A stretch of DNA of 15,350 nucleotides from Archangium sp. (GTDB lineage: Bacteria; Myxococcota; Myxococcia; Myxococcales; Myxococcaceae), in the NCBI GenBank assembly GCA_031367385.1, contig JANLPS010000539.1, positions 1 to 15,350 on the forward strand, read 5' to 3'. Position numbers and translations under genes: made by a program. Each line of letters starts with the position of its first letter. The first letter of the stretch is position 1. This document shows, in pieces, positions 7,742 through 15,350 of this stretch. Under the pieces are notes generated by a model. The model was not told where the DNA came from. It ran no database searches and was given only the letters and a program-made list of their open reading frames with translations.

Positions 7742-8599
7742 TCAGCGCTTGCCCTTTTCAGAGACCGCGCCTGCTTTTGTTTGAATGCGTGGCTGCACCG
7801 TCACCCAGTTCGGGCGTGCGCGGTTATCGAGTCGAATGAGCTCTGCTGAAACCTGTCGCGTGGCCAGCTCGCGTCGAACTCGCTCGAGGCGCTCGAGCTT
7901 CTCTGGCACGAAACCCTCGCCCAGCCTGACCTCTTCACCGCTGTCGGTGATCAACGTCACGCCGGTGTCGTCGACGTGCACCTCAGACAACGGGTGCCCC
8001 TTCGACGCCGCCGACTTCGAGTACGAGTCGATCACGTCGAGGGTGTGGCGAACCGCGGCCAGGCTCTCTTCGCGGCGCGCGACGAAGTCTTCGCGCTCGA
8101 CGCCGGTGAGCAGCGGCAAATCGATCGGCTCGGTGGCTTGTACTCGTTTGAAGGGCTCGCCTTCGGTGTTCACCAGGTACAGCTCGCCCAGCGACATCAT
8201 CGCGACCGGCGTGTGCTCGGTCACTTCAATCGACAGCGACGACGGCAACCGGCGGCGAACACTGACGCGCTTGACCCACGGGTGCGAACCCAACGCGCGC
8301 TCGATCGCGCCGGTATCGAGCACGAACAGGTTCACGCCCAGGGTGATGCCACCCAGCTTGACCAGCGCGCTCTGGCTCGCCCGGTCAGAGCCCGAGACCT
8401 TGACCTCGCGCAGCGCGAACATCGGAGAAGTGGTGGCGAAGCGGTAGGCGACGACCGAGCCGTAGGCCAATGCGCCGGTGATGAGCGCCGAGAGCAAGAC
8501 CTTGAGCGCGGTCGGCGCATGGTGCTTCGCGGCGGCCTTGAGCTCACCGGTTTTCTTCGCCACATCGACGCGGCGGCGGTTTTTTTTGCGGAGAAACAT
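7742..8599 (-). CDS. ftsQ: Cell division protein FtsQ/DivIB
   Basis: Basic N-terminus, single TM helix, POTRA-type segment (FALREVKVSG...NLFVLD...HPWVKRVSVRRRLPSSLSIEVTEHTP) and upstream of ftsA. Start set at ATG 8599 with GAGGGG 8 nt upstream; 285 aa. Confidence 0.95.
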   Translation of the reverse strand: MFLRKKNRRRVDVAKKTGELKAAAKHHAPTALKVLLSALITGALAYGSVVAYRFATTSPMFALREVKVSGSDRASQSALVKLGGITLGVNLFVLDTGAIERALGSHPWVKRVSVRRRLPSSLSIEVTEHTPVAMMSLGELYLVNTEGEPFKRVQATEPIDLPLLTGVEREDFVARREESLAAVRHTLDVIDSYSKSAASKGHPLSEVHVDDTGVTLITDSGEEVRLGEGFVPEKLERLERVRRELATRQVSAELIRLDNRARPNWVTVQPRIQTKAGAVSEKGKR

Positions 8600-8607
8600 C
8601 AGGTGAG

Positions 8608-8623
8608 CCCCTCGCAACGAGGG
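8608..8623 (-). promoter_or_regulatory. Hairpin overlapping the ftsQ Shine-Dalgarno sequence
   Basis: Minus strand reads CCCTCG-TTG-CGAGGG(G). The 3' arm contains most of the GAGGGG SD, 8 nt before the ATG. Confidence 0.45.
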
Positions 8624-8689
8624 AGCCGCATCGTCAGGCCGGTTTGCAGTGCCCGCAAATTCTTGGCGACAGCGATGTGGCTGTAGCAT

Positions 8690-8714
8690 CCCTTCGACAG
8701 GCTCAAGACGAGCG
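8690..8714. repeat. REP-like repeat copy (divergent variant) downstream of murB
   Basis: cccttcgacaggctcaagacgagcg shares TTCGAC-NN-GCTCA-NN-AYGAG with the copies at 4951-4977, 5010-5036 and 9672-9700. Confidence 0.7.
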
Positions 8715-8717
8715 TCG

Positions 8718-9620
8718 TCACGAGAAGACTCCGATGCGCTTGACTTCGGGCACCAGTGTGACGCCGGTTTCTGCGAGCACTTTGGTCTGCGCTTCGGCCA
8801 TCAACGCCGTGACGTCAGCGGCCTTCGCGCCCCCCAAGTTCACGACCCAATTCGCGTGGAGGTTCGAGATCTGCGCGGCCCCGATTTGCCGCCCTTTGAG
8901 GCCCACTTTCTCGATCAGGGCGCCGGCGAATTGGCCGCCTGGTGGGTTGGTGAAGACGCTGCCGAAGTTGGGCTGGCTCAACGGCTGGGTGCGCTTGCGG
9001 TACGCGAGGTCGAGCTCCATTTTTTTCGCCGATTCGGCGATGTCGCCCGAGGTGAGCCTGAAACGCACGCGCGTCACCACCGACCCCACTGGTAGGTCGG
9101 TGTGTCGGTACCGAAAAGTGATGGTTTTGGAGTCGACCCAGCCGATGCCTTCGGCAGTGGCGAGCTCAATGGCCTCGACGATGCTCAGGCATTCGCCGTT
9201 TTTGGTGCCCGCGTTCATCGCGGTCGCGCCGCCAATGGTGCCGGGGATGCCGGCGAGAAATTCAGCGCCGACGCGTTGATTCGTTTTCATCAACGTGACG
9301 ATGCGCGCGATGGCCGAGCCGCCGTTGACGGTGATGGTCTGCTCGGTGATCTCTTCGGGGAAATAGTCACTGCCGAGCTTCAACGTGATGCCGCGTACGC
9401 CGAGGTCGCCCACCAGCGTGTTCGCACCGCCTCCGAGCAACGTCACCGCGACGCCATTTTCACGAGCGAGCCTCAGCACCAAAGCAAGTGACGCGACTGA
9501 CGCCGGTCGCACCAGCGCCTCAGCCGGCCCGCCGACGCGAACGCTGCACCACGGAGCCAACGGCTCGTCGCGTTTCACCTCGCCGGGAGCGAGTGCTGAG
9601 AGAAACCCGAGGCCCATCAT
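8718..9620 (-). CDS. murB: UDP-N-acetylenolpyruvoylglucosamine reductase MurB (short form)
   Basis: RVGGPA, LGGGAN, GIPGTIGGATAMNAG, FRYRHT, QP...FGSVFTNP, ISNLHANWVVN and LVPEV motifs. GGGGAG lies upstream. The start may be 9620 or 9617. Confidence 0.98.
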   Translation of the reverse strand: MMGLGFLSALAPGEVKRDEPLAPWCSVRVGGPAEALVRPASVASLALVLRLARENGVAVTLLGGGANTLVGDLGVRGITLKLGSDYFPEEITEQTITVNGGSAIARIVTLMKTNQRVGAEFLAGIPGTIGGATAMNAGTKNGECLSIVEAIELATAEGIGWVDSKTITFRYRHTDLPVGSVVTRVRFRLTSGDIAESAKKMELDLAYRKRTQPLSQPNFGSVFTNPPGGQFAGALIEKVGLKGRQIGAAQISNLHANWVVNLGGAKAADVTALMAEAQTKVLAETGVTLVPEVKRIGVFS

Positions 9621-9671
9621 CTCCCCTGTTCGCCCTGAGAGACTCGGACGACCCGCTGGCGGCCAGCCAAG

Positions 9672-9700
9672 AAACTCTCATGGTGAGCCGGTCGAATCAT
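9672..9700. repeat. REP-like repeat copy directly after the murC stop codon
   Basis: The reverse complement atgattcgaccggctcaccatgagagttt is 25/29 identical to 4952-4980, including an exact 17-mer gctcaccatgagagttt. Confidence 0.85.
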
Positions 9701-11106
9701 CACAGAGCCCCCAGCGCAGCCAGAAGCTCAGGCCCGGTGTTCGTAATGTCGCCAGCCCCGAGCGTGATGACGATGTCGCCAGCCTTGAGCCGCGGCAGCA
9801 TCGAGCTGGGCAGATCAGCCCGCTTCTCAACCAGCGTCACATCAGGGTGCCCATACGAGCGCACGGCCTCGACCAGCCGCTTCGAAGTCACGCCCTCAAT
9901 CGGTTCTTCACCGGCCGCGTAAATATTGGTCAAGAACACCAAATCGGCGTCGTTGAACGCGCTGCAAAAGTCTTCAAACAAATCATGGGTGCGCGAGTAC
10001 CGATGCGGCTGAAACGCCACGACGATGCGCCGCCCGAAGGCCTGCCGAGCACCGGCCAGCGTGGCCTTCACCTCAGCCGGGTGGTGCCCGTAATCATCGA
10101 CCACCGTGATGCCCTTGGCCTCGCCGCGAATCGTGAACCGCCGCTGCACTCCGCCGAACTCGCGCAGGGCCTTGCGCACCGTATCGAGTGGAATATCGAG
10201 CTCTTCAGCGACCGCGATCACCGACAGCGCGTTGAGCGCATTGTGGGCGCCGACCATCTGTACGGTGAACTCGCCCAAATCAACCTCGCGGCGAAAAGCT
10301 CTGAACGTGGTCGCGTACCCATCGAGGTGAATACTCTCGACCCGGTAATCGGCGGCATGCGTCGTGCCGTACGTGACGAAGCGCTTCTCAAGCTGCGGCA
10401 GCAGCGCTTGTACGTTCGGGTGATCGAGGCACACTACATTGAGCCCGTAGAACGGCACCCGGTTGCAGAACTCGACGAACGCGTGCTTGAGCGCATCGAG
10501 CGAGCCGTAGTGATCCATGTGCTCGGGGTCGATGTTCGTGACCACCGCGATCGACGGGTGGAGTCTCAAGAAGCTCCCATCGCTCTCATCAGCCTCGACG
10601 ACCATCAAGTCGCTCTTGCCGAGCTGTGCGTTCGAGCCGAGCACATTGACCTTGCCGCCGACGACGGCCGTGGGGTCGAGCCCCGCCGCGTTGAGCACCG
10701 TCGCGACCATCGACGTGGTGGTGGTCTTGCCGTGCGAGCCAGCGATCGCGACCGAGTACTTCAAGCGCATCAGCTCGGCGAGCATCTCCGCGCGCGGAAT
10801 CACGGGTGTTTTCTGCCGCCGTGCCGCAACGACTTCGGGGTTGTCTTTCTTCACCGCGCTCGAGATCACGACCGTGTCGACATCAGGCCCGACGTTCTCC
10901 TCGCGGTGCCCGTATGCGATTCGCGCGCCGAGCGAGACCAGCCGCTTCGTCACGTCAGACTCTTTCAAGTCTGAGCCCGAGATGCCGTAGCCCAGGTTCA
11001 GCAGCACCTCAGCGATGCCCGACATGCCGATGCCGCCGATGCCGACGAAGTGCAGCCGGGCGGTGTGCCGGGTCTTGAACCGGCTGGTAATCGGCAGTGG
11101 TTTCAT
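9700..11106 (-). CDS. murC: UDP-N-acetylmuramate--L-alanine ligase MurC
   Basis: [48 protein letters not shown] and FQPHRYSRT. Start set at ATG 11106, overlapping the murG stop (ATGA); 468 aa. Confidence 0.99.
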   Translation of the reverse strand: MKPLPITSRFKTRHTARLHFVGIGGIGMSGIAEVLLNLGYGISGSDLKESDVTKRLVSLGARIAYGHREENVGPDVDTVVISSAVKKDNPEVVAARRQKTPVIPRAEMLAELMRLKYSVAIAGSHGKTTTTSMVATVLNAAGLDPTAVVGGKVNVLGSNAQLGKSDLMVVEADESDGSFLRLHPSIAVVTNIDPEHMDHYGSLDALKHAFVEFCNRVPFYGLNVVCLDHPNVQALLPQLEKRFVTYGTTHAADYRVESIHLDGYATTFRAFRREVDLGEFTVQMVGAHNALNALSVIAVAEELDIPLDTVRKALREFGGVQRRFTIRGEAKGITVVDDYGHHPAEVKATLAGARQAFGRRIVVAFQPHRYSRTHDLFEDFCSAFNDADLVFLTNIYAAGEEPIEGVTSKRLVEAVRSYGHPDVTLVEKRADLPSSMLPRLKAGDIVITLGAGDITNTGPELLAALGAL

Positions 11107-12248
11107 GGCGTTTTCTCTCCCGCTCGCAGCGAGGTGCCGGTGCGAGGTTGGCCGGTCAAGGCGCCCCATTTTTCGAGACACAGCTGCTGCAGCACGTCGG
11201 CGATTTCACGAGCGGCCTCGGGGCGACCCAGGGTGCCAGCGACCTTCTCCATCTTCGCCAACCGCGCCGTGTCGTTCTTGAGCTCGATGATGACCGAGGC
11301 GAGCTTCTCACCGGTCAAATCACCCTCGCGAAACATCACCGCCGCGCCGGCATCGACCAGGGCCTTCGCGTTGACCGCCTGATGGTCATCAGTCGCGAAA
11401 GGAAAAGGGATCAGCACCGAGGCCTTCTTGCACACCGTAATCTCAGCCAAGGTCGTCGCCCCAGCGCGGCACACGACCAGGTCGCTCGAGAGATACGCGG
11501 CCGACATGTCGTCGATGAACTCACGCACCTCGACATCGAAGCCCTTGCCCTCGTACCCCTGCTTCACGTTCGCGAAATCAGCAGTGCCGGTCTGATGCAC
11601 AATCTTCAAATCGGCCTTGATCGATTCGAGAAACGGCAGCGCTTCGACGACACGCGAATTGACGCCGCGCGCCCCGAGCGAGCCTCCGAAGACCAATACC
11701 GTGAACTTGTCGTGCTTCACCTTCGAGCGAAGAAAGTTCTCGAGCAGCGCTTTGCGAATCGGGTTTCCCAAAACGTGAGACTTGGCCTCTTTGAAGAACC
11801 GCTTGCTGGCATCGAACGACAAGAACGCCGCGTCGACGAACTTACCGAGCACTTTGTTGGTGAACCCCGGCAGCGCGTTCTGCTCTTGAATCGCAGTGGG
11901 TATGCGCATCATCCACGCGGCCAAGACGACCGGCCCTGACGAGTAGCCACCAACGCCGACCACGACGTCGGGCTTGTATTTTCGCAGGTGACCGACCGCG
12001 ACCCAAAAGCTCACTGGCATCAGCGCCAACCCGAGCACCAGCTTGACCGCGCCCATGCCCTTGAGCCCGCGCGACGGTATCGCCTCGAAGACGAAGCCGT
12101 TTTGCGGCACGACCCGGGCTTCGAGGCCACGCGTCGTCCCCACGAACACGGCGTCATTCTTCGGGTGCCGGGTGGTGACCTCCTCAGCCAGCGCAATGCC
12201 GGGGAACAGGTGACCTCCCGTACCGCCGCCGGCGATCAGAACTCTCAC
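11103..12248 (-). CDS. murG: Undecaprenyldiphospho-muramoylpentapeptide beta-N-acetylglucosaminyltransferase MurG
   Basis: [40 protein letters not shown] and HQAVNA. GTG start overlaps the ftsW stop. Confidence 0.99.
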   Translation of the reverse strand: MRVLIAGGGTGGHLFPGIALAEEVTTRHPKNDAVFVGTTRGLEARVVPQNGFVFEAIPSRGLKGMGAVKLVLGLALMPVSFWVAVGHLRKYKPDVVVGVGGYSSGPVVLAAWMMRIPTAIQEQNALPGFTNKVLGKFVDAAFLSFDASKRFFKEAKSHVLGNPIRKALLENFLRSKVKHDKFTVLVFGGSLGARGVNSRVVEALPFLESIKADLKIVHQTGTADFANVKQGYEGKGFDVEVREFIDDMSAAYLSSDLVVCRAGATTLAEITVCKKASVLIPFPFATDDHQAVNAKALVDAGAAVMFREGDLTGEKLASVIIELKNDTARLAKMEKVAGTLGRPEAAREIADVLQQLCLEKWGALTGQPRTGTSLRAGEKTP

Positions 12249-13429
12249 GCGGGGACCCCGCCGCGCACATCGGGCGTGCCGGCCTTCGCCGGTTTCGGAG
12301 CGACACGCGCCCGCTTGCCCCCCCCCGAGTCAGACGCGCTGCTGATCGACAGCAACAATCCGGCGGCGCCCATCAAGACGATGAGCGAGCTGCCTCCGTA
12401 CGAGATGAACGGCAACGTGAGCCCCTTGGTCGGCACCAGGCCCATCGCGACCGACATGTTCACCACCGCCTGAAAGGCGATCAGCGAGGTGATGCCGAGG
12501 CCGAGGTACGTACCGAACGGCTCTGGGGCCGCCAACGCTGCCTTCAACCCGCGCCACACGATGACCCCATAGAGGCAGATCAACAGCCCCACGCCGATCA
12601 ACCCGAGCTCTTCACCGATGATGCTGAAGATGAAGTCGGTGTGGGCCTCGGGCAGAAAGAACAACTTCTGCCGCCCGTCGCCGAGGCCCAAGCCGGTCAT
12701 GCCGCCCGAGCCAATCGACATCAGCGATTCAGCGACCTGGTAGCCAGAGCCCTGGCGGTTCGCCCACGGGTCGAGAAACGCGGTGATGCGCTTCATGCGA
12801 TACGGCGACGAGGCGATGGCGGTGTACGCGAACGGTATCGCCAGCAGCACTGAGCCAATCAGGTACGACAATTTCGCACCCGCCGCGAAAAGCATCACGA
12901 ACATCAGCACCAACAGCGCGACCGAGCTGCCGAAGTCGGGCTCGAGCATGCACAGCCCGACGAGCAGCGCGGCGATGCCGAGGTGCGGCAGAAACCCGAT
13001 TGAAAAGCTCTGCACTTTCTCGCGCTTCTTGGCGAGCGAGTACGACAGGTACACGACCCACGAGAGCTTGGCGACCTCGGCCGGCTGCAGCGAAACACCG
13101 GGAAAACGCAGCCACCGCTTCGCACCGCCCGCCGTCGTGCCCAACCCAGGTATCAGCACCAACACCAGCAGCACGATGCTCACCAGCAGCAGGGGGTACG
13201 CGAGCCTCGCCATGCGCCGGTACCCGAGCTTCATCGCCACCACCATCGCGAACAGCCCGATGCCCGCGGCGGTCGCCTGGCGTTTCAAGAAGTGAAAGCT
13301 GTCGCCCATCTTGTCTTGGGCGGTGATCGCGCTGGCCGAATAGACCATCACCAGCCCGAAACCGACGAGCAGCAGCACCGCTCCGAGCAAGATGGGGTCG
13401 TACGAGAGTCTGCGAGTGTCAGTGGTCAC
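12245..13429 (-). CDS. ftsW: SEDS-family peptidoglycan glycosyltransferase FtsW
   Basis: Polytopic membrane protein with MVYSAS, GAKRW, LQPAE, EPDFG, GYQ, LPEAHTDFIF and KGLTLPFISYGGSS. Lies between murD and murG. Confidence 0.98.
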   Translation of the reverse strand: MTTDTRRLSYDPILLGAVLLLVGFGLVMVYSASAITAQDKMGDSFHFLKRQATAAGIGLFAMVVAMKLGYRRMARLAYPLLLVSIVLLVLVLIPGLGTTAGGAKRWLRFPGVSLQPAEVAKLSWVVYLSYSLAKKREKVQSFSIGFLPHLGIAALLVGLCMLEPDFGSSVALLVLMFVMLFAAGAKLSYLIGSVLLAIPFAYTAIASSPYRMKRITAFLDPWANRQGSGYQVAESLMSIGSGGMTGLGLGDGRQKLFFLPEAHTDFIFSIIGEELGLIGVGLLICLYGVIVWRGLKAALAAPEPFGTYLGLGITSLIAFQAVVNMSVAMGLVPTKGLTLPFISYGGSSLIVLMGAAGLLLSISSASDSGGGKRARVAPKPAKAGTPDVRGGVPA

Positions 13430-14778
13430 AAGGCCCTCACGAGCGTTTTGAACGCATCGCCGCGGTGCTCGAAGTTGGTGAACTGGTCATACGAAGCGCA
13501 TGCGGGAGACAGCAGCACGGTGTCGCCCGCCTTCGCCAACACCCGGGCCTTCGCGACGGCGGCCTGCAAGGTCTCGCAAGCAATCACTTCGGTCGAGGCT
13601 TTGAACGCGTCGGCGATCGCAGCGGCATCGGCGCCGATGGTGAGCACGCCGCGAACCTTGCCCTTCGCCGCCTCGACCAACGGCGCGTACGGAGCGCCCT
13701 TCCCTTTTCCGCCCGCGATCAGCCACAGGCCTCCGTCGAAGGCATGCATCGCGACGAGTGAGGAGTCGACGTTGGTGGCCTTCGAGTCGTTGATCCACTC
13801 GACTCCATCGAGCACGCGAACGAATTCGAGCCGGTGCGGCAACCCGGGAAAAGAGTCGAGCCCTGCCTGAATCGCCGCGTGCGAAATACCGGCTTTCGCC
13901 GCCATCAACGACGCCGCCATCGCATTGTCGAGGTTGTGCGCGCCACGAAGCGCCCGGTTCTTCAAGTCGAACGGCGCGAACTCGCCGAAGCTCAAGACGA
14001 ACCTGCGCCCGTCACCCATCGCGAAGCCAGCGAACGACGGGTTGGTACGAACGCCAGAGCGGGTGAACCCGTAGAGCGGCACGTGCACCGCCTTCGCCAA
14101 AGTGAGTACCTCGTTGTCGTCGAGGTTGACCACCGCGAAGCCACCGGGCGGCTGCGTGCGAAAGATCAGCGCCTTCGCCGCGCCATACGCGCCGTGCGTC
14201 GGGTACCGGTCGATGTGATCAGGCGACAAATTCAGAATCGCGGCGCCAAAAAACTGAGCGGTGTCGATGCCTTCGAGCTGAAATGACGAGAGCTCGACGA
14301 CGTGAAAGTCGAACGGCTTGCGCGCTGGGTCGGCATACGCGCTCGAGAAGGCGATGCCCAAGTTGCCGCCGACGAACGTGTTGGGAAATTGCTGCTTCAC
14401 CAACTCGCCGAGCAGCGCCGTGGTGGTGCTCTTGCCGTTGGTGCCGGTGATCGCGAGAATCGGCCCCGCGCCCTTGGGCATGAAGCGCCACGCGAGCTCG
14501 ATTTCGCCGAAGACAGAGACCCCCGCGTCGCGAGCCGCCTGCAGCTCGGGCTTCGACATCGGTACGCCAGGGCTGACCACCACCGCCTCGGCCCCCTTCC
14601 AATATTCAGAGGGGAACCCCACCGCGACCTCGACGCCCACGAAAGGCACGCTGGCCTTCGGGTTTTCGTCGAGCGCGAACACTGTTGCACCACGTCGATG
14701 TAGCAGCTCGATCGCGCCGAGCCCGCTCTTGCCCAGGCCGACCACCACGTAGCGTTTACCGGCGAGCTCGTCGTTCAT
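13426..14778 (-). CDS. murD: UDP-N-acetylmuramoyl-L-alanine--D-glutamate ligase MurD
   Basis: [49 protein letters not shown] and [11 protein letters not shown]. Confidence 0.99.
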   Translation of the reverse strand: MNDELAGKRYVVVGLGKSGLGAIELLHRRGATVFALDENPKASVPFVGVEVAVGFPSEYWKGAEAVVVSPGVPMSKPELQAARDAGVSVFGEIELAWRFMPKGAGPILAITGTNGKSTTTALLGELVKQQFPNTFVGGNLGIAFSSAYADPARKPFDFHVVELSSFQLEGIDTAQFFGAAILNLSPDHIDRYPTHGAYGAAKALIFRTQPPGGFAVVNLDDNEVLTLAKAVHVPLYGFTRSGVRTNPSFAGFAMGDGRRFVLSFGEFAPFDLKNRALRGAHNLDNAMAASLMAAKAGISHAAIQAGLDSFPGLPHRLEFVRVLDGVEWINDSKATNVDSSLVAMHAFDGGLWLIAGGKGKGAPYAPLVEAAKGKVRGVLTIGADAAAIADAFKASTEVIACETLQAAVAKARVLAKAGDTVLLSPACASYDQFTNFEHRGDAFKTLVRAL

Positions 14779-15350
14779 CGCAGCTTGAGTGACGCGAGCG
14801 CCACCCCTCCGAGCAAGACCGACACGATCCAGAACCGCACCACGATCTTCGTCTCAGACATGCCGCGCTTCTCGAAGTGGTGATGCAGCGGAGCCATCAA
14901 GAACACCCGCTTGCCCCGCGTCTTGAAGCTCACCACCTGAATCATCACCGAGACGATCTCGGCCAAGAACACGCCGTGAATCACCGCGCTGACGATCTCG
15001 TTCTTGCTGAGCATCGCGACCGTGCCGAGCGCTCCACCGAGCGCGAGTGAGCCGACGTCGCCCATGAACACGCTGGCGGGGTGCGCGTTGAACCAGAGAA
15101 AGCTGATGCCCGCGCCGACGATCGACGCGCAGAACACCGCGAGCTCAGCGCCGCCTTCGACCTTCGCGATGCCTAAGTATTGATGAACCGGTACGCCGAC
15201 GAGCTGCCGCACGCCATTGACCGTCGCGACATCGGCGATTTCTACCGAGGTACCGGCGACGTAACAGAGCACCGCGAACACCAACGCTGAGATCATCGTC
15301 GGAGCGATCGCCAACCCATCGAGCCCGTCAGTGAGGTTCACCGCGTTCGA
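14775..15350 (-). CDS. mraY: Phospho-N-acetylmuramoyl-pentapeptide transferase MraY (C-terminal half; 5' end outside window)
   Basis: The frame is open to the window edge: [42 protein letters not shown]. Its stop overlaps the murD start (ATGA). Confidence 0.99.
   Translation of the reverse strand, partial: SNAVNLTDGLDGLAIAPTMISALVFAVLCYVAGTSVEIADVATVNGVRQLVGVPVHQYLGIAKVEGGAELAVFCASIVGAGISFLWFNAHPASVFMGDVGSLALGGALGTVAMLSKNEIVSAVIHGVFLAEIVSVMIQVVSFKTRGKRVFLMAPLHHHFEKRGMSETKIVVRFWIVSVLLGGVALASLKLR

Noticed and set aside
6477..7784. 435-aa plus-strand ORF
   Set aside because: It is a codon-register antisense shadow of ftsA with unnatural His/Asp/Arg-rich composition.
8600..8689. ddl pseudogene remnant
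   Set aside because: I found no Ddl-like motifs in this short stretch.
9385..10974. 529-aa plus-strand ORF
   Set aside because: It is an antisense shadow of murC/murB with no recognisable motifs. Such ORFs are expected from GC-rich codon bias.
11107..11181. Longer murC start from the ORF track (likewise ftsZ 6380 and ftsQ 8689)
   Set aside because: The downstream ATGs have stop/start overlap or an RBS and match the expected family N-termini. The extensions have no family-like sequence.

Overview
GC-rich window from a myxobacterium, most likely Myxococcaceae/Archangiaceae-like, judged from the FtsZ tail [15 protein letters not shown], an expanded MraY loop and a DAG-repeat lipoprotein. The right two-thirds (5046-15350, minus strand) is the distal dcw cell-wall/division cluster: mraY(partial)-murD-ftsW-murG-murC-murB-ftsQ-ftsA-ftsZ. 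There is no ddl between murB and ftsQ. The left third (plus strand, convergent on ftsZ) holds five accessory genes: a partial TPR-like protein, a PD40/beta-propeller lipoprotein, a membrane-anchored ConA-like beta-sandwich protein, a small Cys-containing lipoprotein, and a STAND-class NTPase with no effector or sensor domain. The main unexplained structure is a family of short REP-like palindromic repeats (core TTYGAC-NN-GCTCA-NN-AYGAG). It has four copies, each just downstream of a stop codon; two flank murB in inverted orientation and one sits where ddl would be expected. A second candidate motif is shared by the ftsQ and ftsZ leaders. No clear new multi-gene system is demonstrable from sequence alone. 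The best leads are the repeat family, the missing ddl and the minimal STAND NTPase.
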